IMG/VR virus record: IMGVR_UViG_3300045988_089199
Span: 1-64,000 of that record
Length of the DNA: 64,000 nt
Reading direction: 5' to 3' (one strand)
Origin: a virus
The notes under the pieces are model-generated. The model did no database searches and had not been told where the DNA came from. It was given only the letters and a program-made list of their open reading frames with translations. This document shows positions 1 to 7,983 of the stretch, piece after piece; the first letter of the stretch is position 1, and the number at the start of each line of letters is the position of its first letter. The position numbers and the translations under genes were made by a program.

Positions 1-42
1 AACATTTCCCTCAACCCCTTTTATTTATCTTTTATTAACATT

Positions 43-71
43 ATTATACTGCTACTTATATAATTATGCAA
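43..71 (-). promoter_or_regulatory. sigma-A-type promoter, copy A1 (TTGCAT-N17-TATAAT)
   Basis: Minus strand has TTGCAT at 71..66, a 17-nt spacer and TATAAT at 48..43. Downstream are a GGGGTTGAGGG RBS and an ATG at 5..3 that runs off the window. The core TTGCATAATTATATAAGTA is identical to the copy at 20702..20730. Confidence 0.55.
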
Positions 72-90
72 TAGTTTTTTGAAAAAAATA

Positions 91-119
91 AAAAAAAATC
101 CCACATTTTTTATGTGGGA
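91..119 (-). terminator. rho-independent terminator
   Basis: 8-bp stem TCCCACAT/ATGTGGGA (99..106 and 112..119) with a 5-nt loop, followed on the minus strand by a T-run (91..98). Lies just after the stop of ORF 129..329. Confidence 0.7.
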
Positions 120-128
120 CTGTATTCT

Positions 129-329
129 CTATAATTCTAAGCTATCAAGTGTATCTATAAGTAAGTTCACATCATCTACTACCAGCATAAATTTTACATG
201 AGCAGTATCATTATTTACTGTTAATGTACGTAGTGAGCAATCTACTTTATTATCCTTTAATATGGTCATTACCTTGATTAATTCATCCATTGTTAACTTA
301 TTCAATCTTTCATATACCTCATTTGCCAT
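129..329 (-). CDS. hypothetical protein (66 aa)
   Basis: ORF with AAGGAG RBS upstream of the ATG and a terminator downstream. No recognisable motif. Confidence 0.5.
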   Translation of the reverse strand: MANEVYERLNKLTMDELIKVMTILKDNKVDCSLRTLTVNNDTAHVKFMLVVDDVNLLIDTLDSLEL

Positions 330-341
330 ACTATCATCTCC

Positions 342-857
342 TTATTGGTTTTTATATTCTCTTTCCACTAACCATAGTAAACAATAATTAGCTAAATCTA
401 ATATAGTATCATCAATCTTCTCGTCCTTTACTTTTTGCTCTGGAGCATTTGGATTACATAATGTCATTAATCTATTATATTTATCTGTAATTCTTACTAA
501 GAATGATATATCACCGAATTTTTCATAAGTATCAGCAACGCTATTGCCATAATCATTATTTTTATTTTTATAAGTTTCAGCTAAATTATTTAGTAGATAG
601 TCATATATAGTTTGTCTAGTTATTTTAGTTTGTTTTGCCCCCTTATCGGGTATAAATGGTTCTACCATGTCTTTATTCCATGCAAAAGAATTATTATTAT
701 CAGCTAAATATAAATCACCGTCCATATCTATATCTACTATGTTATCAATTTTACCTCTAAATTTTAGCATAGGTTCATTAACATTACATTCTCCATATTT
801 TTCCCCTGCTTGTATACTCTCTCTTATTTTAACTGAATCACCTATTTTATATTCCAT
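342..857 (-). CDS. DUF1599-like helical domain protein with extra N-terminal domain
   Basis: C-terminal half (KNKNNDYGNS..FG..VRITDKYNRL..DDTILDLANY) matches the DUF1599 signature as I remember it. GGGAGG RBS. Confidence 0.55.
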   Translation of the reverse strand: MEYKIGDSVKIRESIQAGEKYGECNVNEPMLKFRGKIDNIVDIDMDGDLYLADNNNSFAWNKDMVEPFIPDKGAKQTKITRQTIYDYLLNNLAETYKNKNNDYGNSVADTYEKFGDISFLVRITDKYNRLMTLCNPNAPEQKVKDEKIDDTILDLANYCLLWLVEREYKNQ

Positions 858-858
858 A

Positions 859-1047
859 TTATTTTTCCTCCCTTAAATAGTTATCTAAGAACTGACATAA
901 GTTTATTTTATTCCTATCAGTATAAACAATGCAGTCAAAACATAAGTGGCAAAACTCACATTGTCTATGCTCTTTTAACCTTTCAATATTGCAGGGCGCT
1001 AAGACCCTGCTTTCTATTTGTTCATTAGTGTAATAATATTCGTTCAC
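859..1047 (-). CDS. Cys-rich small protein (GTG start)
   Basis: 62-aa ORF with a CEFCHLCFDC cluster. Its start abuts the stop of the upstream small ORF. Confidence 0.4.
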   Translation of the reverse strand: MNEYYYTNEQIESRVLAPCNIERLKEHRQCEFCHLCFDCIVYTDRNKINLCQFLDNYLREEK

Positions 1048-1200
1048 TTATTTTTCCTCCTTATATGTTAAGTAACCACAACCTAATGCAGTTGCTACAA
1101 TAATTCCTAAGCTAACAGGTAATGAAAATCCAGCTATAATAGTACAAGCAGTTATTCCTCCCATTGTTACTACGTCAGCAATAATTGTATTTTTACTCAT
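1048..1200 (-). CDS. small membrane protein (50 aa)
   Basis: Below the ORF-track cutoff; found by reading. ATG at 1200..1198, hydrophobic core GGITACTIIAGFSLPVSLGIIVATALG, TAA at 1050..1048. Confidence 0.4.
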   Translation of the reverse strand: MSKNTIIADVVTMGGITACTIIAGFSLPVSLGIIVATALGCGYLTYKEEK

Positions 1201-1390
1201 TATCTGATCCTCCTTTACTTAATATATACTGCATATAAGCTAACCTACAGTCCGCAGTTTCATATTGTGTTAGGGGACAATCTTTACATCCCCTAGTTTT
1301 TCCGTCATACATACTATCACAAAATAATTTTACTCTATCTGTTAGGTCAGCTATTAATTCTCTATCACTTTTATTTTTTCTTCGGCTCAT
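1193..1390 (-). CDS. hypothetical Cys-containing protein
   Basis: Track ORF 1193..1399. The ATG at 1390 is better placed after the AAAGGGTG RBS. Overlaps the thyX-like stop. Confidence 0.45.
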   Translation of the reverse strand: MSRRKNKSDRELIADLTDRVKLFCDSMYDGKTRGCKDCPLTQYETADCRLAYMQYILSKGGSDNE

Positions 1391-2063
1391 ATAATCCACA
1401 CCCTTTCAATTCTGGGCAGTACCCTAATTTTTTACATTGTGGAACTAATAATTCTTCATATCTTGGCTCAACTGCAATTACTTCTTTTATCATTTGTTGT
1501 GTTAAATAGTGTATCGGTAATTCAGCTCTATTACATAATCTTACATTTGCTAAATGTATAAGACCTTCTATGTTTACTGCAAAGCTACAAGCACTCGCTA
1601 CTCCAATTGGTACAAAAGTTCTTGCTATCTCGTTTGCACGCTCTTTACTAATACCCTTTTGTCTCATCCTTTCGACTGTCAACTGATAACTAGTTGCAGC
1701 ATATTCTTCACTCATATAATGGTCCCTAACTAGTAATGGGTCCTTTATTATGTCGGGTGCAGCATATACATCCATTTTACCTTTTGTAACGTATCTTAAA
1801 CTTTGTACATTTTTTACTACGCCTACTTCATGTCTTACTAGTTGATCTATTGTGAAACGTGGTATTCTTTGTAAGTCAAATACAAAATATAAATGTCTAC
1901 TGCCACTTAAATGCCCACTCTTTAAACAGTGTAATCCTACTTTTTCCGCTTGTTCTTTTGGTGTATCATAACATACACAAGCAAATTCACCATGTTTCTT
2001 TATAAATTGTGCTACCTCTTCTTTGTTAACTAAAGTTACTTTAAACTCTTTTTCACCAAACAT
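1371..2063 (-). CDS. thyX: flavin-dependent thymidylate synthase-like protein (ThyX family, divergent motif)
   Basis: GHLSGSRH...RIPRFTIDQLVRHEVGVVKNVQSLRYV aligns to the ThyX HxSxxEH / RHRxxSxxxxSxRY signature, but with E->R and R->E changes and one extra residue. Confidence 0.65.
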   Translation of the reverse strand: MFGEKEFKVTLVNKEEVAQFIKKHGEFACVCYDTPKEQAEKVGLHCLKSGHLSGSRHLYFVFDLQRIPRFTIDQLVRHEVGVVKNVQSLRYVTKGKMDVYAAPDIIKDPLLVRDHYMSEEYAATSYQLTVERMRQKGISKERANEIARTFVPIGVASACSFAVNIEGLIHLANVRLCNRAELPIHYLTQQMIKEVIAVEPRYEELLVPQCKKLGYCPELKGCGLYEPKKK

Positions 2064-2320
2064 TATCTAGTTACCTCCTCATATTCTTCTTTTGTTATAT
2101 TTACAACCTCACCACATCTAACGCATCTAACAAAGTAGTGAGTTGGCATAATTAACATAAATACCGCTAATATAAAACATATTGGAGCAGCTATCCAACC
2201 AAGTATTGGAATCCACATCATACATCCACCTGTTAGTAAAAATATTAAACTATAACTACCTCTACCCATTTTACAATATTCCACATCACCATTACATTTT
2301 TTACATTTACGTCTTGTCAT
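2063..2320 (-). CDS. membrane-embedded zinc-ribbon protein (LITAF-like layout)
   Basis: An N-terminal CKKC knuckle and a C-terminal CVRCG knuckle are separated by a roughly 40-aa hydrophobic stretch. Confidence 0.45.
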   Translation of the reverse strand: MTRRKCKKCNGDVEYCKMGRGSYSLIFLLTGGCMMWIPILGWIAAPICFILAVFMLIMPTHYFVRCVRCGEVVNITKEEYEEVTR

Positions 2321-2569
2321 TTATTTCCCCTCCTTCAAACTCTTTTTAATATCTTTTTCCAGCTTGTTTAATGTATCTAATACTGTTCTTAGATCTTTTA
2401 ATTCTGTCTCTAATATACCTAATCTTAAACAGTCAACTAATGCCTTCTCTAATGTCGGATAATATCTTTCTTTTGTTGTGTATGTGCCAACCTTAGTCTT
2501 ATAAGTTTGAATTAATACATAATTTTTATCCTTGTCAGTAGTAATTTCAAATTCTTTATTTATTTTCAT
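2321..2569 (-). CDS. hypothetical protein
   Basis: ORF with the ATG at 2569 placed 9 nt after AAGGAG. Preceded by the class B motif at 2586..2619. Confidence 0.5.
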   Translation of the reverse strand: MKINKEFEITTDKDKNYVLIQTYKTKVGTYTTKERYYPTLEKALVDCLRLGILETELKDLRTVLDTLNKLEKDIKKSLKEGK

Positions 2570-2585
2570 TACTATCATCTCCTTG

Positions 2586-2619
2586 TATATAGTATAGAAA
2601 AAATTACCATTTTGCTAAC
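2586..2619 (-). promoter_or_regulatory. class B phage promoter motif, copy 1
   Basis: Minus strand reads GTTAGCAAAATGGTAATTTTTTCTATACTATATAC. There are 22 nt from the G of GTTAG to CTATAC. The stop codon of the upstream gene (2615..2617) lies inside the GTTAGC box. Confidence 0.6.
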
Positions 2620-3514
2620 AATAACTTAAAATTTCTATTATTAAACTATAACAAGCTACTACACCTTCATATTTGCCTGTCTTTACTCCCTGATCATACT
2701 TTTGTACTAATCGTAGTGCAGTAAGTAATTTAGCAGGCTCTATACGGTTATAACGTAGTATATTATTACATATCCAACTATTAATACCAGTTATTTTAGC
2801 AATATCTTCTTCCCCTCTATATCCTTCTACTAATACACATTTATGGAGTTGAGAATATATGGCATATATAATACCCATTGCATTATTTTTATCCTCCAAT
2901 AACTGGTCTAATAATCTAAATGTCAATTGTTCATCTTTTTTCATTATGGCATCTGCTAGTTGAAATACAGTCACTTCTTCTTTTGTTGGTATATACTCAT
3001 CTACTATCTTTTTATTCAGTTCTTTTATTCCTGATCTCTTGAATATATCAAGATAATTATTTATTGTATTCAAATCATTATTACACGCCTCTATAAAATA
3101 TTGTTTATTACTTACACTACAGTCCATATTGACCACATTTAATAGTTGTTTTGTTGTCATATGATTGAATTCTACTACACAATTATTTAATTCCTTTATA
3201 AATTTTTTACATTTACTCGGCGTTGTAACTTGTACTACTAATACTGCATTTCTAATTTTATTACTTATACTGCCCCACGTTTTTTCACTCTTAATAAAAT
3301 CCATATCATCTCTAACTACATATACTGCAAATTTACCGCCTATTAGTTTACTTGTTATTTTGTTATATATGTCAGCCACTCTATCTATACGCACTACATT
3401 ACCCATTTGTTTTAAGTATATATTTTGCAGCTCAATTTCTTCTCCAGTAAAAATATAAAAGGGAAGTAAATTACCTTCCCTTATTTGCCCCTGTAAGTCT
3501 AATAAACCTAACAT
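2615..3514 (-). CDS. holA: DNA polymerase III delta subunit-like clamp-loader protein
   Basis: N-terminus LLPFYIFTGEEIELQNIYL resembles the HolA start. About 300 aa and adjacent to the delta-prime and gamma/tau genes. Start moved to the ATG at 3514 after the GGGAGGA RBS. Confidence 0.5.
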   Translation of the reverse strand: MLGLLDLQGQIREGNLLPFYIFTGEEIELQNIYLKQMGNVVRIDRVADIYNKITSKLIGGKFAVYVVRDDMDFIKSEKTWGSISNKIRNAVLVVQVTTPSKCKKFIKELNNCVVEFNHMTTKQLLNVVNMDCSVSNKQYFIEACNNDLNTINNYLDIFKRSGIKELNKKIVDEYIPTKEEVTVFQLADAIMKKDEQLTFRLLDQLLEDKNNAMGIIYAIYSQLHKCVLVEGYRGEEDIAKITGINSWICNNILRYNRIEPAKLLTALRLVQKYDQGVKTGKYEGVVACYSLIIEILSYC

Positions 3515-3666
3515 AATTTTATTCCTCCCACTATTTGGATTAAATACCATATAGATAATGCTATTACTATAGCACTTATACCATCAATATCCCTATCGCC
3601 TATTGTTTGTGTTATCCAATCAATTACTATACTCATTGCAACTATTAAAACCATAAAATTAAACAT
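3508..3666 (-). CDS. small two-TM membrane protein (52 aa)
   Basis: Found by reading. ATG at 3666; two hydrophobic segments (FMVLIVAMSIVI and ISAIVIALSIWYLIQIV). Stop overlaps the holA-like start. Confidence 0.35.
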   Translation of the reverse strand: MFNFMVLIVAMSIVIDWITQTIGDRDIDGISAIVIALSIWYLIQIVGGIKLC

Positions 3667-3667
3667 A

Positions 3668-3991
3668 TTATTTTCCTCCCTTTTGTTTTTTACGTTTTAT
3701 CCCATGTTTCTTAATGTCCTGTTTTTCCTTTATGTTGTGTTGTTCCTTCATATATAGTATATTATTTAATGTAATTTTACTAAATTCATCTATAAATAAT
3801 TTTTTATTTTTCTTGCTTATCTTGATCCCATTCTCATCTTCATTGATAGCACATACAGTTTCAAAGTGTCTTGCAGCAAACCCACGAACATATTTTTCTT
3901 CACTATACCAAGCAAAACAGTCCTTATAGGCCTCTGCAAATTGTTTAGCGAATTTCTTAATCTCTCTAGCATCATTTTTTAATGGTAACAT
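3668..3991 (-). CDS. hypothetical protein with basic C-terminus
   Basis: 107-aa ORF with AAGGGGG RBS. No motif recognised. Confidence 0.5.
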   Translation of the reverse strand: MLPLKNDAREIKKFAKQFAEAYKDCFAWYSEEKYVRGFAARHFETVCAINEDENGIKISKKNKKLFIDEFSKITLNNILYMKEQHNIKEKQDIKKHGIKRKKQKGGK

Positions 3992-3992
3992 A

Positions 3993-4796
3993 TTATTTCC
4001 CCCTTAAAGTTCTAATATTTAGTACAAATATATCGAATATTAATGGTTTATTTGCTCCTCTTATTCTTAAGTCTCTTAAGGCTAAACTAGTATACTCTAT
4101 CATTTTATAGTCTACATAACTACTATGTTTTTGCTCGTCTATTACCACTTGTTTAAACAGTTCTAAAAATAGTTCCACTGGGTAGCCATCATTCTCTTTA
4201 AATCCTATTGGATTACATATTTTAAAGGCATTACCTGTGCTAACTCTTAATATATTGTTGTATACCTTTAATGCATATTGATACATATTGATGAAATCCT
4301 TATCAACATATTCCAACATTTGGCCCGGTGTTGTGGCTACTTTACATAGTATATCTCTTGGCACTTCTCCTAAGTCGTATAAGTCAAATATATCGTTTAA
4401 CTCATGAGCACTGTAATTATCCATTATTAGTAGTTTCGCTCTACTACGTATTGTTGCTAATAGGTTATCTACATTCCTTACTGCAATCATTATGTAACCC
4501 TTACTAGGTGGTTCCTCCACTAACTTTAGTAGGGCATTTTGTGCAGGAATGGATAGGTTATCACCTTTAATGTAAAATAATGTTGGTGTAGATATAGCAG
4601 TACAATCTTCTATTAATTGTCTAATACCTTCGATATTATTATCTACTAATACATAATTGTAATGATTATTATCAGCTATTATTTTACTCATTAAATGCTT
4701 CCCAGAACCCCTATCACCCCACAATATAAAAAAGTGAGGTATAGGTTGACCATTCAGCTTGGCTTGTAACTTAGCCTGACCTATTATTTTAGACAT
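3993..4796 (-). CDS. holB: DNA polymerase III delta-prime-like clamp-loader subunit
   Basis: Degenerate P-loop GDRGSGKH, LLKLVEEPP box and SRxxx motif (TIRSRAKLL). Start overlaps the end of dnaX. Confidence 0.6.
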   Translation of the reverse strand: MSKIIGQAKLQAKLNGQPIPHFFILWGDRGSGKHLMSKIIADNNHYNYVLVDNNIEGIRQLIEDCTAISTPTLFYIKGDNLSIPAQNALLKLVEEPPSKGYIMIAVRNVDNLLATIRSRAKLLIMDNYSAHELNDIFDLYDLGEVPRDILCKVATTPGQMLEYVDKDFINMYQYALKVYNNILRVSTGNAFKICNPIGFKENDGYPVELFLELFKQVVIDEQKHSSYVDYKMIEYTSLALRDLRIRGANKPLIFDIFVLNIRTLRGK

Positions 4797-5797
4797 AAGA
4801 GTATCAACTCGCTTTCAACTAAATTTTTAGGATTCTGCTCATATTTTATCTTGTCTAATAAGTTATTGATCCCATCCAATATATCTACTAAGTCATACTT
4901 TGAAGTATTAGTTGCTATATGGATACATTGTCGCATTATATCAGTTGGTATCATTGTTAACTCTTTATTTCTTGTTATATTCAGCTTACATAAATCTAGT
5001 ACAAACTTATTTAAGTCCTTTACAAATAGTTTTAAGTCTTTTCCGTCTCTATATATCTTGTCGATTATTTGTATCGGTTCATCTGGTTGTTTATTTATAA
5101 TCCCTTGTACTATTCCTAATAGATGTTCATAATTAGTAATTCCTAAGCAATCTAATACTGCTTGTAGTGTTATCTCATTTGTATAACCTAGTACTGTATC
5201 TAGTTTCATTATGGCATCTCTCATTCCCCCGTCAGCTAATTTTGCTATATACTCTATTGCCTCTACGTTATATGTTAATATACCTTCCTTTTTTAAGATA
5301 TACTCTAATCTTTGTACTATATCGAATTGTGGTATACGTTTAAAGTCAAAACGTTGTAGTCTACTTAATATAGTCGCTGGTATTTTATGTGGATCAGTTG
5401 TACATAGTATAAATATTACTCCCTTTGGTGGTTCTTCTAACACTTTTAATAGGGCATTGAATGCACCGAGACTCAACATATGAACTTCATCTATTATGTA
5501 TACTTTGTATTTACTGTCTAAACTTTTCATTTTACAGTCATCAATTATACTACGTATATTATCAACACCATTATTACTAGCACCGTCTATTTCTATTGGT
5601 TTTCCTTTACCTTCATTTACGTCATTTGCAAATATCCTAGCACTAGTAGTTTTACCAGTTCCAGGGCTTCCGGCGAACAAATAAGCTTGTTTTATCTCTC
5701 CAGTTTCCAATTGGTTAGTTAATACCCTTTTTATATTATCTTGACACACCACGTCATTAAATGTTCTTGGTCTATATTTAGTTGCTAATGCTTCCAT
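4784..5797 (-). CDS. dnaX: DNA polymerase III gamma/tau-like clamp-loader ATPase
   Basis: KYRPRTFNDVVCQ, Walker A GSPGTGKTT, Walker B YIIDEVHML, LKVLEEPP and SRLQRF sensor motifs. Only 337 aa, so gamma-length. Confidence 0.85.
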   Translation of the reverse strand: MEALATKYRPRTFNDVVCQDNIKRVLTNQLETGEIKQAYLFAGSPGTGKTTSARIFANDVNEGKGKPIEIDGASNNGVDNIRSIIDDCKMKSLDSKYKVYIIDEVHMLSLGAFNALLKVLEEPPKGVIFILCTTDPHKIPATILSRLQRFDFKRIPQFDIVQRLEYILKKEGILTYNVEAIEYIAKLADGGMRDAIMKLDTVLGYTNEITLQAVLDCLGITNYEHLLGIVQGIINKQPDEPIQIIDKIYRDGKDLKLFVKDLNKFVLDLCKLNITRNKELTMIPTDIMRQCIHIATNTSKYDLVDILDGINNLLDKIKYEQNPKNLVESELILLCLK

Positions 5798-6129
5798 TAT
5801 AATTCCTCCCTTAATTTTTCTATATAGTCTTTTAGATCCTGTAATGGTATTACTGCATATTCTTCCCCCACCTTCCCAAAGTCAAATACTAACGCACTAT
5901 ATGGTCTATGCATTGCTAATGATTGTTGTTGTAGTTTAGTTATCCATTCTTTCTTTATGGTAAATTGTGTTGCTGGTTGCATTTTAGTCTTACACTCCAC
6001 TATATAAAATGTATCAACTAATACATCGCCCTTTTTCGTATGTCCCGCACCACTATTTGGTGTAACTTCTCCATCCAAGTAGTTTGCTACATATTGTTCT
6101 TGTTCATCACTCTTACTTCTTGTACTCAT
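5797..6129 (-). CDS. Hjc-type PD-(D/E)xK Holliday junction resolvase-like nuclease
   Basis: E..SG..GDVLV..YIVECKTK layout (E, SG, D and ExK in Hjc order), about 110 aa. Confidence 0.55.
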   Translation of the reverse strand: MSTRSKSDEQEQYVANYLDGEVTPNSGAGHTKKGDVLVDTFYIVECKTKMQPATQFTIKKEWITKLQQQSLAMHRPYSALVFDFGKVGEEYAVIPLQDLKDYIEKLREEL

Positions 6130-6158
6130 ATAAAAACACCTCCTTAAATTAAAACCTC

Positions 6159-6195
6159 CTATATATAGTATAGGAGGTATCTCTTATTCGCTAAC
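6159..6195 (-). promoter_or_regulatory. class B phage promoter motif, copy 2, with the -10 box inside a hairpin
   Basis: Minus strand reads GTTAGCGAATAAGAGATACCTCCTATACTATATATAGGAGG with the same 22-nt offset. CCTCCTATA/TATAGGAGG forms a 9-bp stem followed by TTTT. The sigma-gene stop lies inside the motif. Confidence 0.5.
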
Positions 6196-6810
6196 TTGTT
6201 CTTTAACTTTTTTAAAAAAATCCTTTACCACACGGGATACATATGCAGGTGATACACTGTACTGATATGCTATGTATGTACCTTTTATGCCGCACAGATA
6301 ATCAGCTATTATAGCACGTTGTTTGTCATTCTTCACATTCTTTAGTTCTTCCCTAATAATTTCTTTTAACTCACGTACTAAAGCACTAAGCTCTACATCT
6401 TCCTTGCTCTCCAAATAATTTTCTAATGAGGTATATCTAATATGTCCATGATGCTTGAGTTGTATATATCCGTCTATAGATAATATCTTATATATATTCT
6501 GTTCTCCATCTGTGGTATATCTATTATGTTTATCCATTCTATTTCTATATTGTCGTAGTTCTCTTTTTATAGCTGGATAAGCAAATGTCGTGAATAATGT
6601 GCCATAGGATGGGTCATAATGGTCGACACACTTCATTATACACTGCCAAGCAACTTGGTACATCTCATCTCTATCATTGTATAATTTATATGGTTTTAAT
6701 AGAGAATATACCATATTGTCTATGTACTGGGGTAATTCATTTATTGCCTCTTTATCTCCATTTTTATATCGCAGAACTATTTCCTGGCACTTATTCCCGT
6801 TATTACTCAT
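6184..6810 (-). CDS. phage sigma-70-family factor (small, about 200 aa)
   Basis: Region 2-like segment YQVAWQCIMKCVDHYDPSYGTLFTTFAYPAIKRELRQY and a C-terminal HTH-like segment IAYQYSVSPAYVSRVVKDF. Confidence 0.65.
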   Translation of the reverse strand: MSNNGNKCQEIVLRYKNGDKEAINELPQYIDNMVYSLLKPYKLYNDRDEMYQVAWQCIMKCVDHYDPSYGTLFTTFAYPAIKRELRQYRNRMDKHNRYTTDGEQNIYKILSIDGYIQLKHHGHIRYTSLENYLESKEDVELSALVRELKEIIREELKNVKNDKQRAIIADYLCGIKGTYIAYQYSVSPAYVSRVVKDFFKKVKEQVSE

Positions 6811-7969
6811 CCAACATCACCCCATTTAGTCTAGTTAGTAATTCATGAACTACATATTCATGTTCATGTAGATAATTTAAAAATCTAGTCATACCTTGGA
6901 AGTTCAATTCATTGCCTTCCTTGTCTAATACTATATTACCTTGTTCATCTATTACTCTATACCAAGATCCTGCTTGTTGTACTATTTTATAATACATACA
7001 TACATTAATCATATCATATAAGGTATCCACACCCTCTAAATATTTTAATGTGTAATAACCTAGTCGTCTATTTGGTTTACATACTTTAGTTTTAATTATT
7101 TCCATCCCAACTCTGTTGCCGGCTGGATTTTCTGCTCTACTACTAAGTTCCTTATTATTTTCATCTAATAATGTATCTTTTCTAAATCTAATCCTTAAAC
7201 TGCAAGCGTGCTTAAATCCTTTTCCTCCAGGTGTGCTTATAGTACTATACATACTACTTAAATCTTCACGTATTTGATTAATTCCTATGAATGCACATTG
7301 ATTAACTGTTAGGTGAGGTAAAATTTTACTACAAAACACAGTTAGAGGTTGTGATATACCGCCATAGGCTTTTTTCTCCATACTCTCGTCAAATATTTGT
7401 TGTGGCACCAAACAAGGTATACTATCTAATACACATAACCCCACATTCCCAGTACTAATTAATTCAATTATTATTTGTAGCACCTGTTCTGCAGTTTGTT
7501 CTTGTGGTCTTACTAATATCATCTTCTCTGTATCTACACCTAATAACTTAGCCCATTCAGTATCCAAAGTTTGTTCTGTATCTATATATAATACTAGTTT
7601 TTCACCTTTTTCCTGTACTTTATCTAATTCTGCGCTTAATTTTGTAATTTCCTTTTGTGCTTGTTTTGTATTAGTTTCCTGCAATAGTTCAAGCTGTTGT
7701 GTTAACTCACTAACTTTTTTATCGTAAACCTCATGGAATTTCTTTTGAGCATTACCACAAATATCAAGGGCGGAGGTTGTTTTTCCTCCCCCTTCACCCC
7801 CAAAGAACTCAGTTATTTTTCCAATGGGAACTCCACCATAAGTCATGTAGTTTGCCATTGGTGAACTAAATGGTATTTTATCAACTTCTATTATATCAGT
7901 TCCTTGTTGTATTATATCAGCACCAAATTTTTTATTTAGTGCGGCCATTTTTAGATCAATCTCCCTCAT
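6803..7969 (-). CDS. recA: RecA-family recombinase with an insertion after Walker A
   Basis: Walker A GGEGGGKTT, Walker B LVLYIDTE, LGVD, and L2-like NQIREDLSSMYSTISTPGGKGFKH. Start set at the ATG 7969, 9 nt after AAGGAG. Confidence 0.85.
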   Translation of the reverse strand: MREIDLKMAALNKKFGADIIQQGTDIIEVDKIPFSSPMANYMTYGGVPIGKITEFFGGEGGGKTTSALDICGNAQKKFHEVYDKKVSELTQQLELLQETNTKQAQKEITKLSAELDKVQEKGEKLVLYIDTEQTLDTEWAKLLGVDTEKMILVRPQEQTAEQVLQIIIELISTGNVGLCVLDSIPCLVPQQIFDESMEKKAYGGISQPLTVFCSKILPHLTVNQCAFIGINQIREDLSSMYSTISTPGGKGFKHACSLRIRFRKDTLLDENNKELSSRAENPAGNRVGMEIIKTKVCKPNRRLGYYTLKYLEGVDTLYDMINVCMYYKIVQQAGSWYRVIDEQGNIVLDKEGNELNFQGMTRFLNYLHEHEYVVHELLTRLNGVMLDE

Positions 7970-7983
7970 CAAATACATCTCCT

